Shown here piece after piece: positions 35,164 through 48,200 of a stretch of 64,000 nt of DNA. A model generated the notes under the pieces. The model was given only the letters and a program-made list of their open reading frames with translations. It had not been told where the DNA came from and did no database searches. Location of the stretch: positions 11,004-75,003 of the forward strand of contig WELA01001210.1 in NCBI GenBank assembly GCA_009602735.1, in the 5' to 3' direction. Within the stretch, counting starts at the first letter, position 1, and every line of letters begins with the position of its first letter. The position numbers and the translations under genes were made by a program. This DNA is from Mesotaenium endlicherianum (Eukaryota).

Positions 35164-38100
35164 TGAAATGAATCGACTTACCCAATAGGCGATTAACAAT
35201 TAATAAAGATCTTTATATCAGCAAGTAATCTTTATGGTATTTTCCGTTAACTGGTTAAACGGCAAAGGACAATACACTGAATAATACTCGTAAGTCAAAT
35301 GCGAGTGAACTAGCATGGACAATGCAATCAGTAAACTCATACATAAGCAAAATTAGAAAACTGTGCGTATCAATGGCTTCTCGCCTTGGATTCAGATCTC
35401 TCTCAGTAAGCTGTACAAGAGAGTTGGCCTCGTTTCCGAATCCCGAACTCGAGAGCAATGCCTAGCATATGTACATGGAATGAGTTTACTGTTCAACGGC
35501 CAGTGCGATGGCACCGCCTACCCGGGAGTTAACCACGTTGGTAGGACCTCGGTTAACCAAATCCACCGCCATCTCCCATCATCCCGAATAGCCATCCACC
35601 ATAGGGATGTCATCTGGCCATTCATCTAGCATACCACACTTAGATGCATATCGAGGCAGTTCGCTGCTACCGAGTACGGAAGTCAGCTGGCTGTCAAAGA
35701 ATGTGTCAGCAAGCTGACTTAAGGTGACCTCAGCCTGCTACTTCCGGCCGAGTCATTAAACTGCTATTAAATATAAAGTCCAGCAGACTGATCATTAACT
35801 AGAATTCAGCAGGCTGAACTTATTTAACTATGTTACTTAAATGAATATTATGTCAACCAATATACTGATTCATTTCAATCCCTCCAACTTATCATGTTGT
35901 CGCCTCGACAACACTAACACTAATAACAGCGTGCTGTCCTTCTTGTCCCCAGCCTACTGCCTTTAGGAGGGAGATGTCCCTGAGGTCCTATACTCAAGGG
36001 AGCTAGACCTCCTCCTGTCTTGGGGTCTTCTGAAGCCTGTCAGAGAAGGAGATTCCGTGTAAGGACCCGGTGGAGAACGCAATAACTGGGTTGTTTCCTC
36101 CTGCACAGTCTGAAACTGAAGGGAGGCAGCCTTCTCCTGGGCAGCCTTCAAACTGACAGGTACGTATACCGGCATCCCAGAAGGATGTTGCATGACATGA
36201 GCCAAGGGTACATGCCCTCTCTGCGAGAGAGATGCTGGCAGGCCTCTGGCTGTCTCCCGAGCAGCCCTCCTGTCTGCCCTGTCTAACTGGGTCTCCTTGC
36301 CTGGAGATGGGGTCTGTCCTCTGGCAGTCCCCAGCCAAGTGATATCCTCCTCTTGAGCGAGTTACTGCGGGGCCAACCCCGTCTTCTCCCTTACAGGGGA
36401 TGTGGCAGGTGTCAGGAGCACGGCGGGGCTAGTGTCTTCCTCCTCGTCTTCCTCCTCGTCTTCTTCCGACTCCTCCTCTTTGCCATCCCCGGGTTCCTCT
36501 GAGACTTCTGGGGTCTCCTCTGTCCGCTGCTCCAGCTCTTCCCGAGAAAAAGAATATCCTACTGACCTTCCCCTTTTGGGTGCTGGTGGGGGCTGCTGAG
36601 TCCGGACCGCATAGAGATCCTTTTCCCCCTGCTTACTTGCCCATTTGGCATAAGCGTGCTTCCCTTTGGAGAATGACTCTCGGGCCCTGCTTCTGTTCCC
36701 TTGCATCTCTTGGCTCATGCAGTCTCTGACTCCATCCAATCTTGGGTCCCACGCCGCAATGTGAGGGGGCAATACTATGTTCCCCTTTAGGTCTGTCAGG
36801 AAATCCTCATCCGTCGCCGTGTCATTTTGCTGGTCCCTCATGTTGATGGTCATCCACCGCCAATCAGTGGGCTTTTGGAAGAAGGCAGCGTCTGTCTTTT
36901 TAAGAGGACAAGGGTACCAATGCCCTTTAAAGTCCAGCTGACTGGTTTCCCTGGCCAAGAATTCCCAGCTCCTCCTCTCCACCTCATTATACATGGCCTT
37001 GAACCTGTTGTGGGGTGTTGAGTCCTTGAAGCTGTCCGCGTCCATGGGGATCATCTTGATGACCCTATCTTCCCCCCAGATACCAGGAATCGAGACAGCC
37101 CCTGCTTCGTTCACCTGGGCCATTGCCTTGGCCTCTCCGATTGTAAATCCTACCATCCTGGCGTAATCGTGATAGAGGAGGAGCCCTGTGCCGACCTCTA
37201 TATACTTGTTAAAGTTTTTGGATGTCTCCCCTTCCCTCTGGAGGATTTCCTTCTGCAACTCACTGCGACTTCTCTGGGCATACTTGAAGGCCTCCTCCAG
37301 TAGATCAAAACCCTTGCCCAGCACCGTGTAGCGGTAGCTGCTGATTCTCCTCTGTTCTTCTTCTTCAGCCTGCCGCTTCCGCTTCTCCTCAGCTTGCCTC
37401 TCCTCCTCTGCTATCTTGGCCTCCTCTGCAGCTTTTCTGTCCATTTCTTCCTGCCTCAGTCTGGCCTGTTCCTCCTCCTCCTTCTTCTTGTGTGCCTCCC
37501 GCTGTTGTTGGAGTCGTTGTGATTCCCGAGCGGAGATGGAGGATGATTCGATGTCTCCACGGAATTGAACGTATTCTGCATGTGCCTCTTCCGCCCTTCT
37601 CTTCCTCTTGAGTTCCGACTTTTGAGTCATCCTGCTCAATCATAAACACAATGCAGTTAGTGAAGTCATGATATTTTGCCGCTACTGAGTGCCCTTGATG
37701 AAGAGGAATGCGATCGGGAGAGTTCCTAGTGTGGAATACCTGGTGTGAGTGAATATAAGGGAAAATTGAGTTAGAGAGCAAGTGAGTGTGAGCGCAGGTT
37801 GAGTGTGTAATATGGTGATCAGAAAATACCACTCCCTCCAACTTAATTTTAAAGGTGGGCTGCCTGTCACAACTGTCACTAACCGTCGCATCCTTCTCCA
37901 ACTTATATGGAGACAGGACCTCCTGTCACCTTCCCGTGTCAACGAAAATGACTGTTAGGGAGGTGCCCCAGCCGCCCGAAGGTGGAACCGGTTCAACGCC
38001 CCTTTGGCATTGGTCAGCTGATCTTTAAATTCCCAAGTGTCCCCAGAGGCATCGTAACCCTTCCATCGGATGAGGTACTTCATGACATATTTAGACGATC

Positions 38101-40019
38101 GACGGACCGAGCGAGCGTCTAAAATCTCCTCGACCTCATATTCCTCAAGATTGCCGTCCCGGACAGCGGGGACCGGTCCCGATTGGACAGGTAACCGACC
38201 TGTGAACAGTGAATCACCTTTGATGTATGGCTCCAGGAAGGAGACATTAAAGACCGGGTGACCCTTGTAGTCAGCTGACATATTCAGTTTGTAAGCATTT
38301 TGACCGACACGACGTACCACCAAATATGGACCGACCCAAACAGGGCCAAGCTTTTTCTTGACCACACCAGGGAGGTACAGGTGCTGAGAATGCAGTTTGA
38401 CGAAATCGCCCTTAGAAAATGTCAGCTCCCGACGGTGTTGATTAGCGTATTTTTGTTGGTTTTCTTGGACTTTGTGCAGGTTTTGTTGGACTTCTGACAG
38501 GGTGTCAGCAAACTCCTGAGTTAACAAGAGGGAGACCGGATTGTCAATTCCTTCCGGGTCAGTTAAGGACTCCCCCAGTACATCTAAAGGAGACTTAGGG
38601 ACTCTACCGAGGCTAAGTTCAAATGGAGTGTTGCCCGTTGACGTGTGCACCGCACTGTTGACCGCAAACTGAATTTGAGGCAACAGGTCATCCCAATTAT
38701 CTTGTTTTTGGTTAATATATGCTCTCAGCACCTCCTACAAAACTCGGTTAGTTCTTTCAGTCTGCCCATCAGTCTGAGGGTGGTTTGCTGTGCTGAGAAG
38801 CTGTTTGACTCCCATTAACCCCATTAAAGCTCTCCAGAACTTAGAGGTGAATTTTGAGTCTCTGTCTGAGATGATATTAGAAGGGAGCCCATGTTGGCAT
38901 ACTACATGGTTGTAAAACTGTCTCGCTGTTTCGAGTGCAGTCACTTTGACAGTTGTGGGGATAAAAATGACCATTTTTGTCAGTTTATCCACGACTACCA
39001 GTATTGAATCATGCCCGTTGGCAGTTCTTGGTAGTGAGACCACCCAGTCCATGGATATAGTTTCCCAGCGTCCAGCTGGGATGGGCAGTGGTTGCAAGAG
39101 ACCTCCGGGTGGTGTGTGCCAAGACTTATTTATCTGACACTGGTCACAGGACTTGACATAGTTCAAGACCTCCCGGGGTAACCCCTCCCAATGATAATGT
39201 TTTGCCAGTTTGCCAACAGTTTTGGCCTGCCCCAAATGTCCACCCAGGAGACTGTCATGAGCTTGACTCAGTAAGAGAGACCTTATTTCCAAGTTATTAG
39301 GAATGACCAGCTTCAGGCTGCCTGAAGTGGTTCCAGACCCCTCCCTTAAGCTTATACCCGAGTGTAGTAGCACGACACATACCAGTAGTGGGGCTGGGCT
39401 CAAATGTTGGGTCAGAAAGGTAGGCTTTCCTAAGTTGTTCAAAGAAGGACTTTTTCACCTTTAGTGAAGTGAGTGCACACAGGACTTTATCTACAGCATG
39501 CTGACTAAAGTTCCTTTCTTGCAAGTCAGGTCTTCTAGACAGTGCATCAGCAGGATTCAACTTCCCTGGTTTGTAGTCGATCTGGACTTGGAACTGCTCC
39601 AGCATCTGGCTCCAGCGGTTCTCCCTGCTCGACAGCTTGGACTTCTTCTGAAAGTGAGTCAGGGCTAGATGATCTGTAATCACCATAAAAGCTTTACCAT
39701 GTAAGTATGCTCTCCACATGAATGATAGCTAGCAGCTCTTTATCATGCGCTGAATAATTAATCTCCGCTGGATTAAATTTCATAAACTCATACAACACAG
39801 GATGCCACTCCTGCCGTAGCTTACCATCCTTTGTGGTTTTGTCAGCAGGCTGCAACAAAATAGCACCCATGGCAAAGTCAGAGGCATCAGTAACCACCTG
39901 CACCGGTTTGCTGGGGTCATACATGGCTAGCACTGGGGCAGGACAAAGGGCATCTTTTAGGGTTTGGAAGGCAGGCTGCTGCTCTTCCCCCCACACATAC
40001 CCTATGTTTTTCTTAGTAA
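35164..40019 (-). mobile_element. Copy B2: 3' LTR 35164-35877, PPT, type-B extra ORF, decayed RNaseH-IN-chromodomain
   Basis: LTR homology; pol 37955-40019 with stops and small deletions. Confidence 0.92.
35963..37630 (-). pseudogene. Extra ORF type B, full length (~555 aa) with one premature TAA at 36362-36364
   Basis: ORFs 36362-37639 and 35963-36205 share a frame with no other stop between them; B1 has CAG at that codon. Confidence 0.88.
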
Positions 40020-40333
40020 TGTAGTGAAACAGATAGATAAAGTACTTAGGAAAACAGAATACTTTATCTATTCAAGACAAGGATCTTTGAACACAAGTGG
40101 TAGCTTCTTGAAAGAGAGATGGCTTCTTGAAAGTTAATATATTTCTGGATTTTGGCAAGTACAAGAGTGATTCTGGAATGTCTTTCTATGTTCTAGCTCT
40201 TGTTTATATACTTGCTACATAAGTAATTTCTAGGAAGGTGTATGTTGATGTGTTGGCACCCAACACATCCCAAAACTTGCCACCTCTTTCTAGAATAATG
40301 TACACATGTCCTTTTGACCTAAAAATGGCACAT
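40020..40333 (-). mobile_element. Family D LTR fragment inserted in B2, running into an N gap
   Basis: Reverse complement of ~21303-21605 and 21751-21841; begins TGTAGTG. Confidence 0.88.
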
Positions 40334-40552
40334 NNNNNNNNNNNNNNNNNNNNNNNNNNNNNNNNNNNNNNNNNNNNNNNNNNNNNNNNNNNNNNNNNNN
40401 NNNNNNNNNNNNNNNNNNNNNNNNNNNNNNNNNNNNNNNNNNNNNNNNNNNNNNNNNNNNNNNNNNNNNNNNNNNNNNNNNNNNNNNNNNNNNNNNNNNN
40501 NNNNNNNNNNNNNNNNNNNNNNNNNNNNNNNNNNNNNNNNNNNNNNNNNNNN

Positions 40553-42219
40553 TCTGGAAGGCAGCCTGCTGCTCTTCCCCCCACACATACCCGATGTCTT
40601 TCTTAGTAAGGTCAGTCAGTTTACTGACCTTTCTGGAATAATTCTCAATAAATCTCCTATAGTAGTTAGCCAACCCGAGGAAGGATCTAACTTCAGAGAC
40701 AGACTGTGGTAGTGGCCAGTCCCTTATGGTCTGGACTTTCTTAGGATCCACACTGATGCCCTCTTTACTGACAACGTGGCCTAAGGATTCAATACTTTCC
40801 TTAAAGAAATCACACTTGCTCATTTTAGCATGTAAGTGATTCTTCCTCAGAGTGTCGAGGACAGTCATTAAGTGTTCAGTGTGCTGAGCTTCATCTTTAG
40901 AGAAAATTAAAATATCATCCAGGAAAACTTGCACAAACTTATCCAAATAAGGTCTGAAAATGTCATTCATAGCATCCATGAAGGTGGCAGGAGCATTAGT
41001 CAGTCCAAATGGCATCACGTTGAACTCATAATGTCCATAACGTGTACGGAAGGCAGTCTTGTGTTCACCCCCCTCAGCAATTCTGATTTGATAATAACCA
41101 CTCTTGAGATCTATCTTACTGAACACCTTAGCACCAGAGAGGGTATCAAGCAAGTCCTCGATCCTGGGTAAAGCATACTTGTTCTATACTGTAATTCTGT
41201 TCAGGGCTCTGTAATCCACACACATCCGCATACTGCCATTCTTTTTCTTAACAAACAGGATGGGTGCGCCGTAAGGAGATTTACTGGGAAAAATATAACC
41301 ATTTTCCTCAAGCTCTGCAATCTGTGTTTTCAACTCTTCGCTCTCCACATAAGACAAGCCATACGGGCGTTGCCAAGGTGGCTGACTCCCAGGTAATAAA
41401 TCAATCCTATGATCTACTTCCCTCTTAGGGAGTAGTCCTGGAGGCATATTAAATACATCCGTGTATTGAGCAACAATTTTTGCAGCAGTAGGGTGCTCCG
41501 GAGGGCTTACCTTTTTCTCAACCACTTCTTCAGGCTGAGGAGGTACCTCTCTTAGCAGCAGACAGAACATTCTGTCTTCCTTCTGGTTCCAGCTTTTGAC
41601 GAACTCCATTGCATTCAGCAACTTGCATCCTTCTGGAAGCCTCTTCTTTTCCTTCATTTGCCATCCACACAGGACAAGAGGAAGAGCACTGGTGGGTGCC
41701 AAGTCAGTCTGCCCATCACTGGCTCCTCTCACTTTAACTGTACCTCTGCTCCAACACACTTCAGCTTGATGTCTATTAAGCCAGGACCTGCCTAGCACGA
41801 GATCATAAAAGCCAGTGTTGAGTACCTCAAATGTAAGCGTTTCAGTTAGAACTGCAATGCCAGAACCTAACTGGACCTCAATAGGCTTGGTTATAACTCC
41901 TCCCGGGATACTTGAGGCATCTCCAAGGAATATCTTTCTATTCCCTTGGGTGACAGTAGGCAGCCTTAGCCGCTTAACTAAGTCCTTATGGATAAAAGTA
42001 TGTCACGCCCCTCCGTCGACAAATGCTCTCACCTTCCTACTTGCAATCATGCAATGCAGTAGGATAGGGGGTATTGTCTTTTCCTGACTTTCGCATTGTT
42101 CTCCTGACGTAGCAAAGAAATGTTGGACATCAGGTGGAACAAGAGCATCCAGAGTGTGCACTCTATGGACGTCTATATTGCTGATGGTCTCCTTTATCTG
42201 GTTGTCAGGCATGCATAGT
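40553..42219 (-). pseudogene. pol: pol fragment (PR-RT) of the main family
   Basis: RT and PR motifs with stops; ends at the A2 LTR insertion. Confidence 0.9.
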
Positions 42220-45200
42220 TGAAATGAATCGACTTACCGAATAGGCGATTAACAATTAATAAAGATCTTTATATCAGCAAGTAATCTTTATGGTATTTCC
42301 GTTAACTCGTTAAACGGCAAAGGACAATACACTAGCCGGGAATAATACTCGTAAGTCAAATGCGAGTAAACTAGCATCAGTAATGCAAATCAGTAAACTC
42401 ATACATAAGCAAGGTTAGAAGACAGTGCGTATCAATGGCTTCTCGCCTTGGATTCAGATCTCTCTCAGTAAGCTGTACAAGAGAGTTGGCCTCGTTTCCG
42501 AATGCCGAACTCGAGAGCAATGCCTAGCATATGTACATGGAATGAGTTTACTGTTCAACGGTCAGTGCGATGGCACCGCCTACCCGGGAGTTAACCACGT
42601 TGGTAGGACCTCGGTTAACCAAATCCACCGCCATCTCCCATCATCCCGAATAGCCATCCATCATGGGGATGTCATCTGGCCATTCATCTAGCAGGTGGTA
42701 CTTAGATGCATATCAAGGCAGTTCGCTGCTACCGAGCACGGAAGTCAGCTGGCTGTCAAAGAATGTGTCAGCAAGCTGACTTTAGTTGACTTTAGCCTGC
42801 TACTTTTGGCCGAGTCATTAAACTGATAATTATGTAAAGTCCAGCAGACTGATTATTAACTAAAGTTAAGCAGACTGACTACTAACTAAAGTTGAGCAGG
42901 CTGAACTAAATTAACTATTACATTTAAATGAATATTATATCTACTAATATACTGATTCATTACAATCCCTCCAACTTAACTTGTTGTCGCCTCGACAACA
43001 TTAAACTGCAAAAGCGTTAAATAAAGAAACTGACCCTGACCAGCCTCCCTTACTGACTATCTTTTCAGCCTGTCACCTTAAGGGGTGGTTCCTGGGGCTT
43101 CAGGATCAGGAGACGGAGATCTGGACCTAGATCTGGACAGCCCTCTAGGTCTGTCAGCTGGCCTTCTAAAGAACCCGGTTTGCTCTAAAGTTGGACCTCG
43201 AGGAGAACGAAGGATGGTAGCCTGCTCTTCAACCACTTGGGTGTTGATGCCCACATAGACAGGCATTCCAGTAGGATGCTGAAATACATTGGCTAGAGGT
43301 ACATGCCCCTGAGCGGAGGGGGAGGCTGGCATACCTCTGGCCCACCCGCGTGTCCCTCTTCTGGCACCCCTGTCCTCTGGGGATTTCTGCCTGTGTCTGC
43401 TGCCCAATACAGTCAGATCAGCTTCTTCCCCTGCTTGGGCAGGTGGGCTGTGGGAGCGAGCGCGGGGTCCAGTAGTCGCCATAACGGGGATCACATTCCA
43501 AACACCTGATCGTGGTTCTTTAAGAAGCGCCCCTACCTGTCCCTGGGTATCCTGAGTACCTGCTGCTGATGCTTCTCCTCTGCCCTGTTCTTCTTCCTCA
43601 GCCTCCTCATCCTCCTCCTCGGAGAGAGTAGGGGTCTCGTCCACTAAGTCGTCCTGCTCCCTAGTAGACATGGAGTAGTCTACCGACCTCCCTTTCTTAG
43701 GGCGCGCTGGAGGTTGCTTGGCCTTCAGCCTACTGATATCTATCCGGCCTGCATTCTTTGCCCATTTGACAAAGGCATGCTTTCCCTTAGAGAAGTAGTC
43801 TCTTCCCCTCCTCCTATGTTCCTTGGTCTCTGCATTCATATTGCTCAGGCATCCATTCAGCCTGGGGTCCCAAGGGGCAATGTGAGGTGGTAGGATGAGA
43901 TAGCCGTCTAGGCCATAGTGGAAGTCATCCGGTTGGGCTCGGTCACACTCCTGCTTCTTATTTGTGACGGTCATCCACCTCCAGTCTGTTGGCTGCTGGT
44001 AGTACTGGGGTCCGTGCTCAGCCTTCCTCAGTTTACACGGGAACCAGTGGGGAGAGAACATCTGCTGTCCTGCTTCCCTGGCCAAGTACTCCCAGCTCCT
44101 TCTCTCAACTTCATTGTAAGCTGGCAGGAGTGTGAGGTAGAATACCGTATCCTTAAAGCTATCGGGCCGCATGCTCACCATCCGGATGAGTCTCTGATCT
44201 CCCACTATTCCCGGTATGGGGACCGGCTTGTCCTCTGAATCATCTGCGAGATACCGGGCCTGCTCTGCTGTATAGCCCACCATCTTAGCATAATCTTCGT
44301 AAAGGACCACGCCGGTGTGTGTCTCGATGTACCTGTCCAGTGCTGTAGCTCCTTCCTTCTGTAGCAGTGTTGTCTGTTCCAGCCTGTTGATCTCCTGGGC
44401 TGCCAGCAATGCTTCCTTCAGGTTATCGAAGTTTTGGCCACCCACCACAGTATACCTGTAAGTGGCCAAGCTCTTCTGTCTGTCCGCTTCAATCTTTTTT
44501 CTTTTCTCCTCTTCTGCCGCTGCCGCTTCTTCTTGCTGTTTCTTCTGTCTCTCCTCCTCAGCCTTCCTGAGGTTTTCCGCTTCCTGATCCTTCTTCCTCT
44601 GTGCCTCTTCTGCCGCCTCTTGTTGTTTGCGGACCCTTTCTTGTTCTCTCCTGGTGAGGGACGTCGCCGCCAGCTCTTTCTGGTATTGCTCCATTGTCCT
44701 TCTGGCTTCTTCTGCCTTGCGCTTTCTGTCCTCCTTTTGTGTGGTGGGCGCCATCCTGCACATGTAACCAGGGCACAAGTTAGTAGGATATGGACCTTTG
44801 TCATAGGGATTGCAGGAAGTATGTTAGTATTTAGTATAGTGGCTTCGCTGCTGTTTACCTTACAGGATGATTGCTAAAAGTTGACGTAGTTGCGATGCGC
44901 TACACATAAACGTATGANNNNNNNNNNATCGCTCGCGCTCACTAACTGTCATACATTTTCTCCTCCAACTTAAATGGAGACAAGACCGCCTGTCACCTTC
45001 CCGTGTCAACTGAAATGACAGTTATGGAGGGACTCCAGCGGCCCGAAGGTGGAACCGTGTCAACGCCCCTTTGGCATTGGTCAAGTGGTCCTTAAACTCC
45101 CAAGTGTCCCCAGAGGCATCGTAACCCTTCCATCGAATGAGGTATTTCATGACATATTTAGACGATCGACGGACCGAGCGAGCGTCTAAAATCTCATCGA

Positions 45201-48200
45201 CCTCATATTCCTCAGGGTCGCCGTCCCGGACAGCGGGGACCGGTCCCGGTTGGACAGGGAACCGACCTGTGAACAGTGTATCACCTTTGATGTACGGTTC
45301 CAGGAAGGAGACATTAAAGACCGGGTGCCCCTTGTATTCAGCTGACATGTTCAGTTTGTAAGCATTCTGACCGACACGACGGACCACCGAATATGGACCG
45401 ACCCAGACAGGGCCAAGCTTTTTCTTGACCACACCAGGGAGGTACAGGTGCTGAGAATGCAGTTTGACTAAATCCCCCTTGGAAAATGTCAGTTCCCGAC
45501 GGTGTTGATTAGCGTATTTTGTTGGTTTTGCTGGGCCGTGTGCAAGTTTCGTTGGACTTCTGACAGGGTGTCAGCAAACTCCTGAGTTAACTGGAGGGAG
45601 ACCGGGTTGTCAATCCCTTCAGGGTGAGTTAAAGATTCCCCTAGCACATCTAGAGGAGACTTAGGGACTCTACCCAGGCTGAGTTCAAAAGGAGTTTTGC
45701 CCGTTGACGCGTGCACCGCACTGTTGACCGCAAACTGAATTTGAGGCAACAGGTCATCCCAATTATCTTGTTTTTGGTTAATATATGCTCTCAGCACCTC
45801 CTGCAGAACTCGGTTAGTTCTTTCAGTCTGCCCATCAGTCTGAGGGTGGTTTGCTGTGCTGAGCAGCTGTTTGACTCCCATTAACCCCATTAAAGCTCTC
45901 CAGAACTTAGAGGTGAATTTTGAGTCTCTGTCTGAGATGATATTAGAAGGGAGCCCATGTTGGCATACTACATGGTTGTAAAACTGTCTCGCTGTTTCGA
46001 GTGCAGTCACTTTGACAGTTGTGGGGATAAAAATGACCATTTTTGTCAGTTTATCCACGACTACCAGTATTGAATCATGCCCGTTGGCAGTTCTTGGTAG
46101 TGAGACCACCCAGTCCATGGATATAGTTTCCCAGCGTCCCGCTGGGATGGGTAGCGGTTGCAAGAGACCTCCGGGTGGTGTGTGCCGAGACTTATTTCTC
46201 TGACACTGGTCACAGGACTTGACATATTTCAAGACCTCCCGGGGTAACCCCTCCCAATGATAATGTTTTGCCAGTTTGCCAACAGTTTTGGCCTGCCCCA
46301 AATGTCCACCCAGGAGACTGTCATGAGCTTGACTCAGTAAGAGAGACCTTATTTCCAAATTATTAGGAATGACCAGCTTCAGCCTGCCTGAAGTGGTTTC
46401 AGTCACCCAGACCCCTCCCTTGAGCTTATACCCGAGTGCAGTAGCACGACACACACCAGTAGTGGGGCTGGGCTCAAATGTTGGGTCAGAAAGGTAGGCT
46501 TTCCTAAGTTGTTCAAGGAAGGACTTTTTCACCTTTAGTGAAGTGAGTGCACACAGGACTTTATCTACAGCATGCTGACTAAAGTTCCTTTCTTGCAAGT
46601 CAGGTCTTCTAGAGAGTGCATCAGCAGGATTCAACTTCCCTGGTTTGTAGTCGATCTGGACTTGGAACTGCTCCAGCATCTGGCTCCAGCGGTTCTCCCT
46701 CCTCGACAGCTTGGACTTCTTCTGAAAGTGGGTCAGAGCTAGATGATCTGTAATCACCTTAAAAGCTTTACCATGTAAGTATGCTCTCCACTGTTTGAGT
46801 ACATGAATGATAGCTAGCAGCTCTTTATCATGCACTGAGTAATTAATCTCCGCTGGATTAAATTTCATAGACTCATACAACACAGGATGCCACTCCTGCC
46901 GTACCTTACCATCCTTTGTGGTTTTGTCAGCAGGCTGCAACAAAATAGCACCCATGGCAAAATCAGAGGCATCAGTAACCACCTGCACCGGTTTGCTGGG
47001 GTCATACACGGCTAGCACTGGGGCAGAACAAAGGGCATCTTTAAGGGTCTGGAAGGCAGCCTGCTGCTCTTCCCCCCACACATACCCGATGTCTTTCTTA
47101 GTAAGGTCAGTCAGTTTACTGGCCTTTGTGGAATAATTCTCAATAAATCTCCTATAGTAGTTAGCCAACCCGAGGAAGGATCTAACTTCAGAGACAGACT
47201 GTGGTACTGGCCAGTCCCTTATGGTCTGGACTTTCTTAGGATCCACACTGATGCCCTCTTTACTGACAACGTGGCCTAAGAATTCAATACTTTCCTTAAA
47301 GAAATCACACTTGCTCATTTTAGCATACAAGTGATTTTTCCGCAGAGTGTCCAGCACTTTCTTTAAGTGTTCAGTGTGCTGAGCTTCATCTTTAGAGAAA
47401 ATTAAAATATCATCCAGGAAAACTTGCACAAACTTATCCAAATAAGGTCTGAAAATGTCATTCATAGCACCCATGAAGGTAGCAGGAGCATTAGTCAGTC
47501 CAAATGGCATCACGTTGAACTCATAGTGTCCATAACGTGTGCGGAAGGCAGTCTTGTGTTCATCCCCCTCAGCAATTCTGATTTGATGATAACCACTCTT
47601 GAGATCTATCTTACTGAACACCTTAGCACCAGACAGGGTATCAAGCAAGTCCTCGATCCTGGGTAAAGCATACTTGTTCTTTACTGTAATTCTGTTCAGG
47701 GCTCTGTAATCCACACACATCCGCATACTGCCATCCTTTTTCTTAACAAATAGGATGGGTGCGCCGTAAGGTGATTTACTGGGAGAAATATAACCATTTT
47801 CCTCAAGCTCTGCAATCTGTGTTTTCAACTCCTCGCTCTCCACATAAGACAAGCCATACGTGCGTTGCCAAGGTGGCTGACTCCCAGGTAATAGATCAAT
47901 CCTATGATCTACTTCCCTCTTAGGGGGTAGTCCTGGAGGCATATTAAATACATCAGTGTACTGAGCAACAATTTTTGCAGCAGTAGGGTGCTCCGGAGGG
48001 CTTACCTTTTTCTCAACCACTTCTTCAGGTTGAGGAGGTACCTCTCTTAGCAGCAGACAGAACATTCTGTCTTCCTTCTGGTTCCAGCTTTTGACGAACT
48101 CCATTGCATTCAGCAACTTGCATCCTTCTGGAAGCCTCTTCTTTTCCTTCATTTGCCATCCACACAGGACAAGAGGAAGAGCACTGGTGGGTGCCAAGTC

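Noticed and set aside
40553..40610. ~56-bp duplication of 39963-40019 across the gap as a long TSD
   Set aside because: Spans an N gap and differs at several bases; probably another copy or a scaffold overlap.
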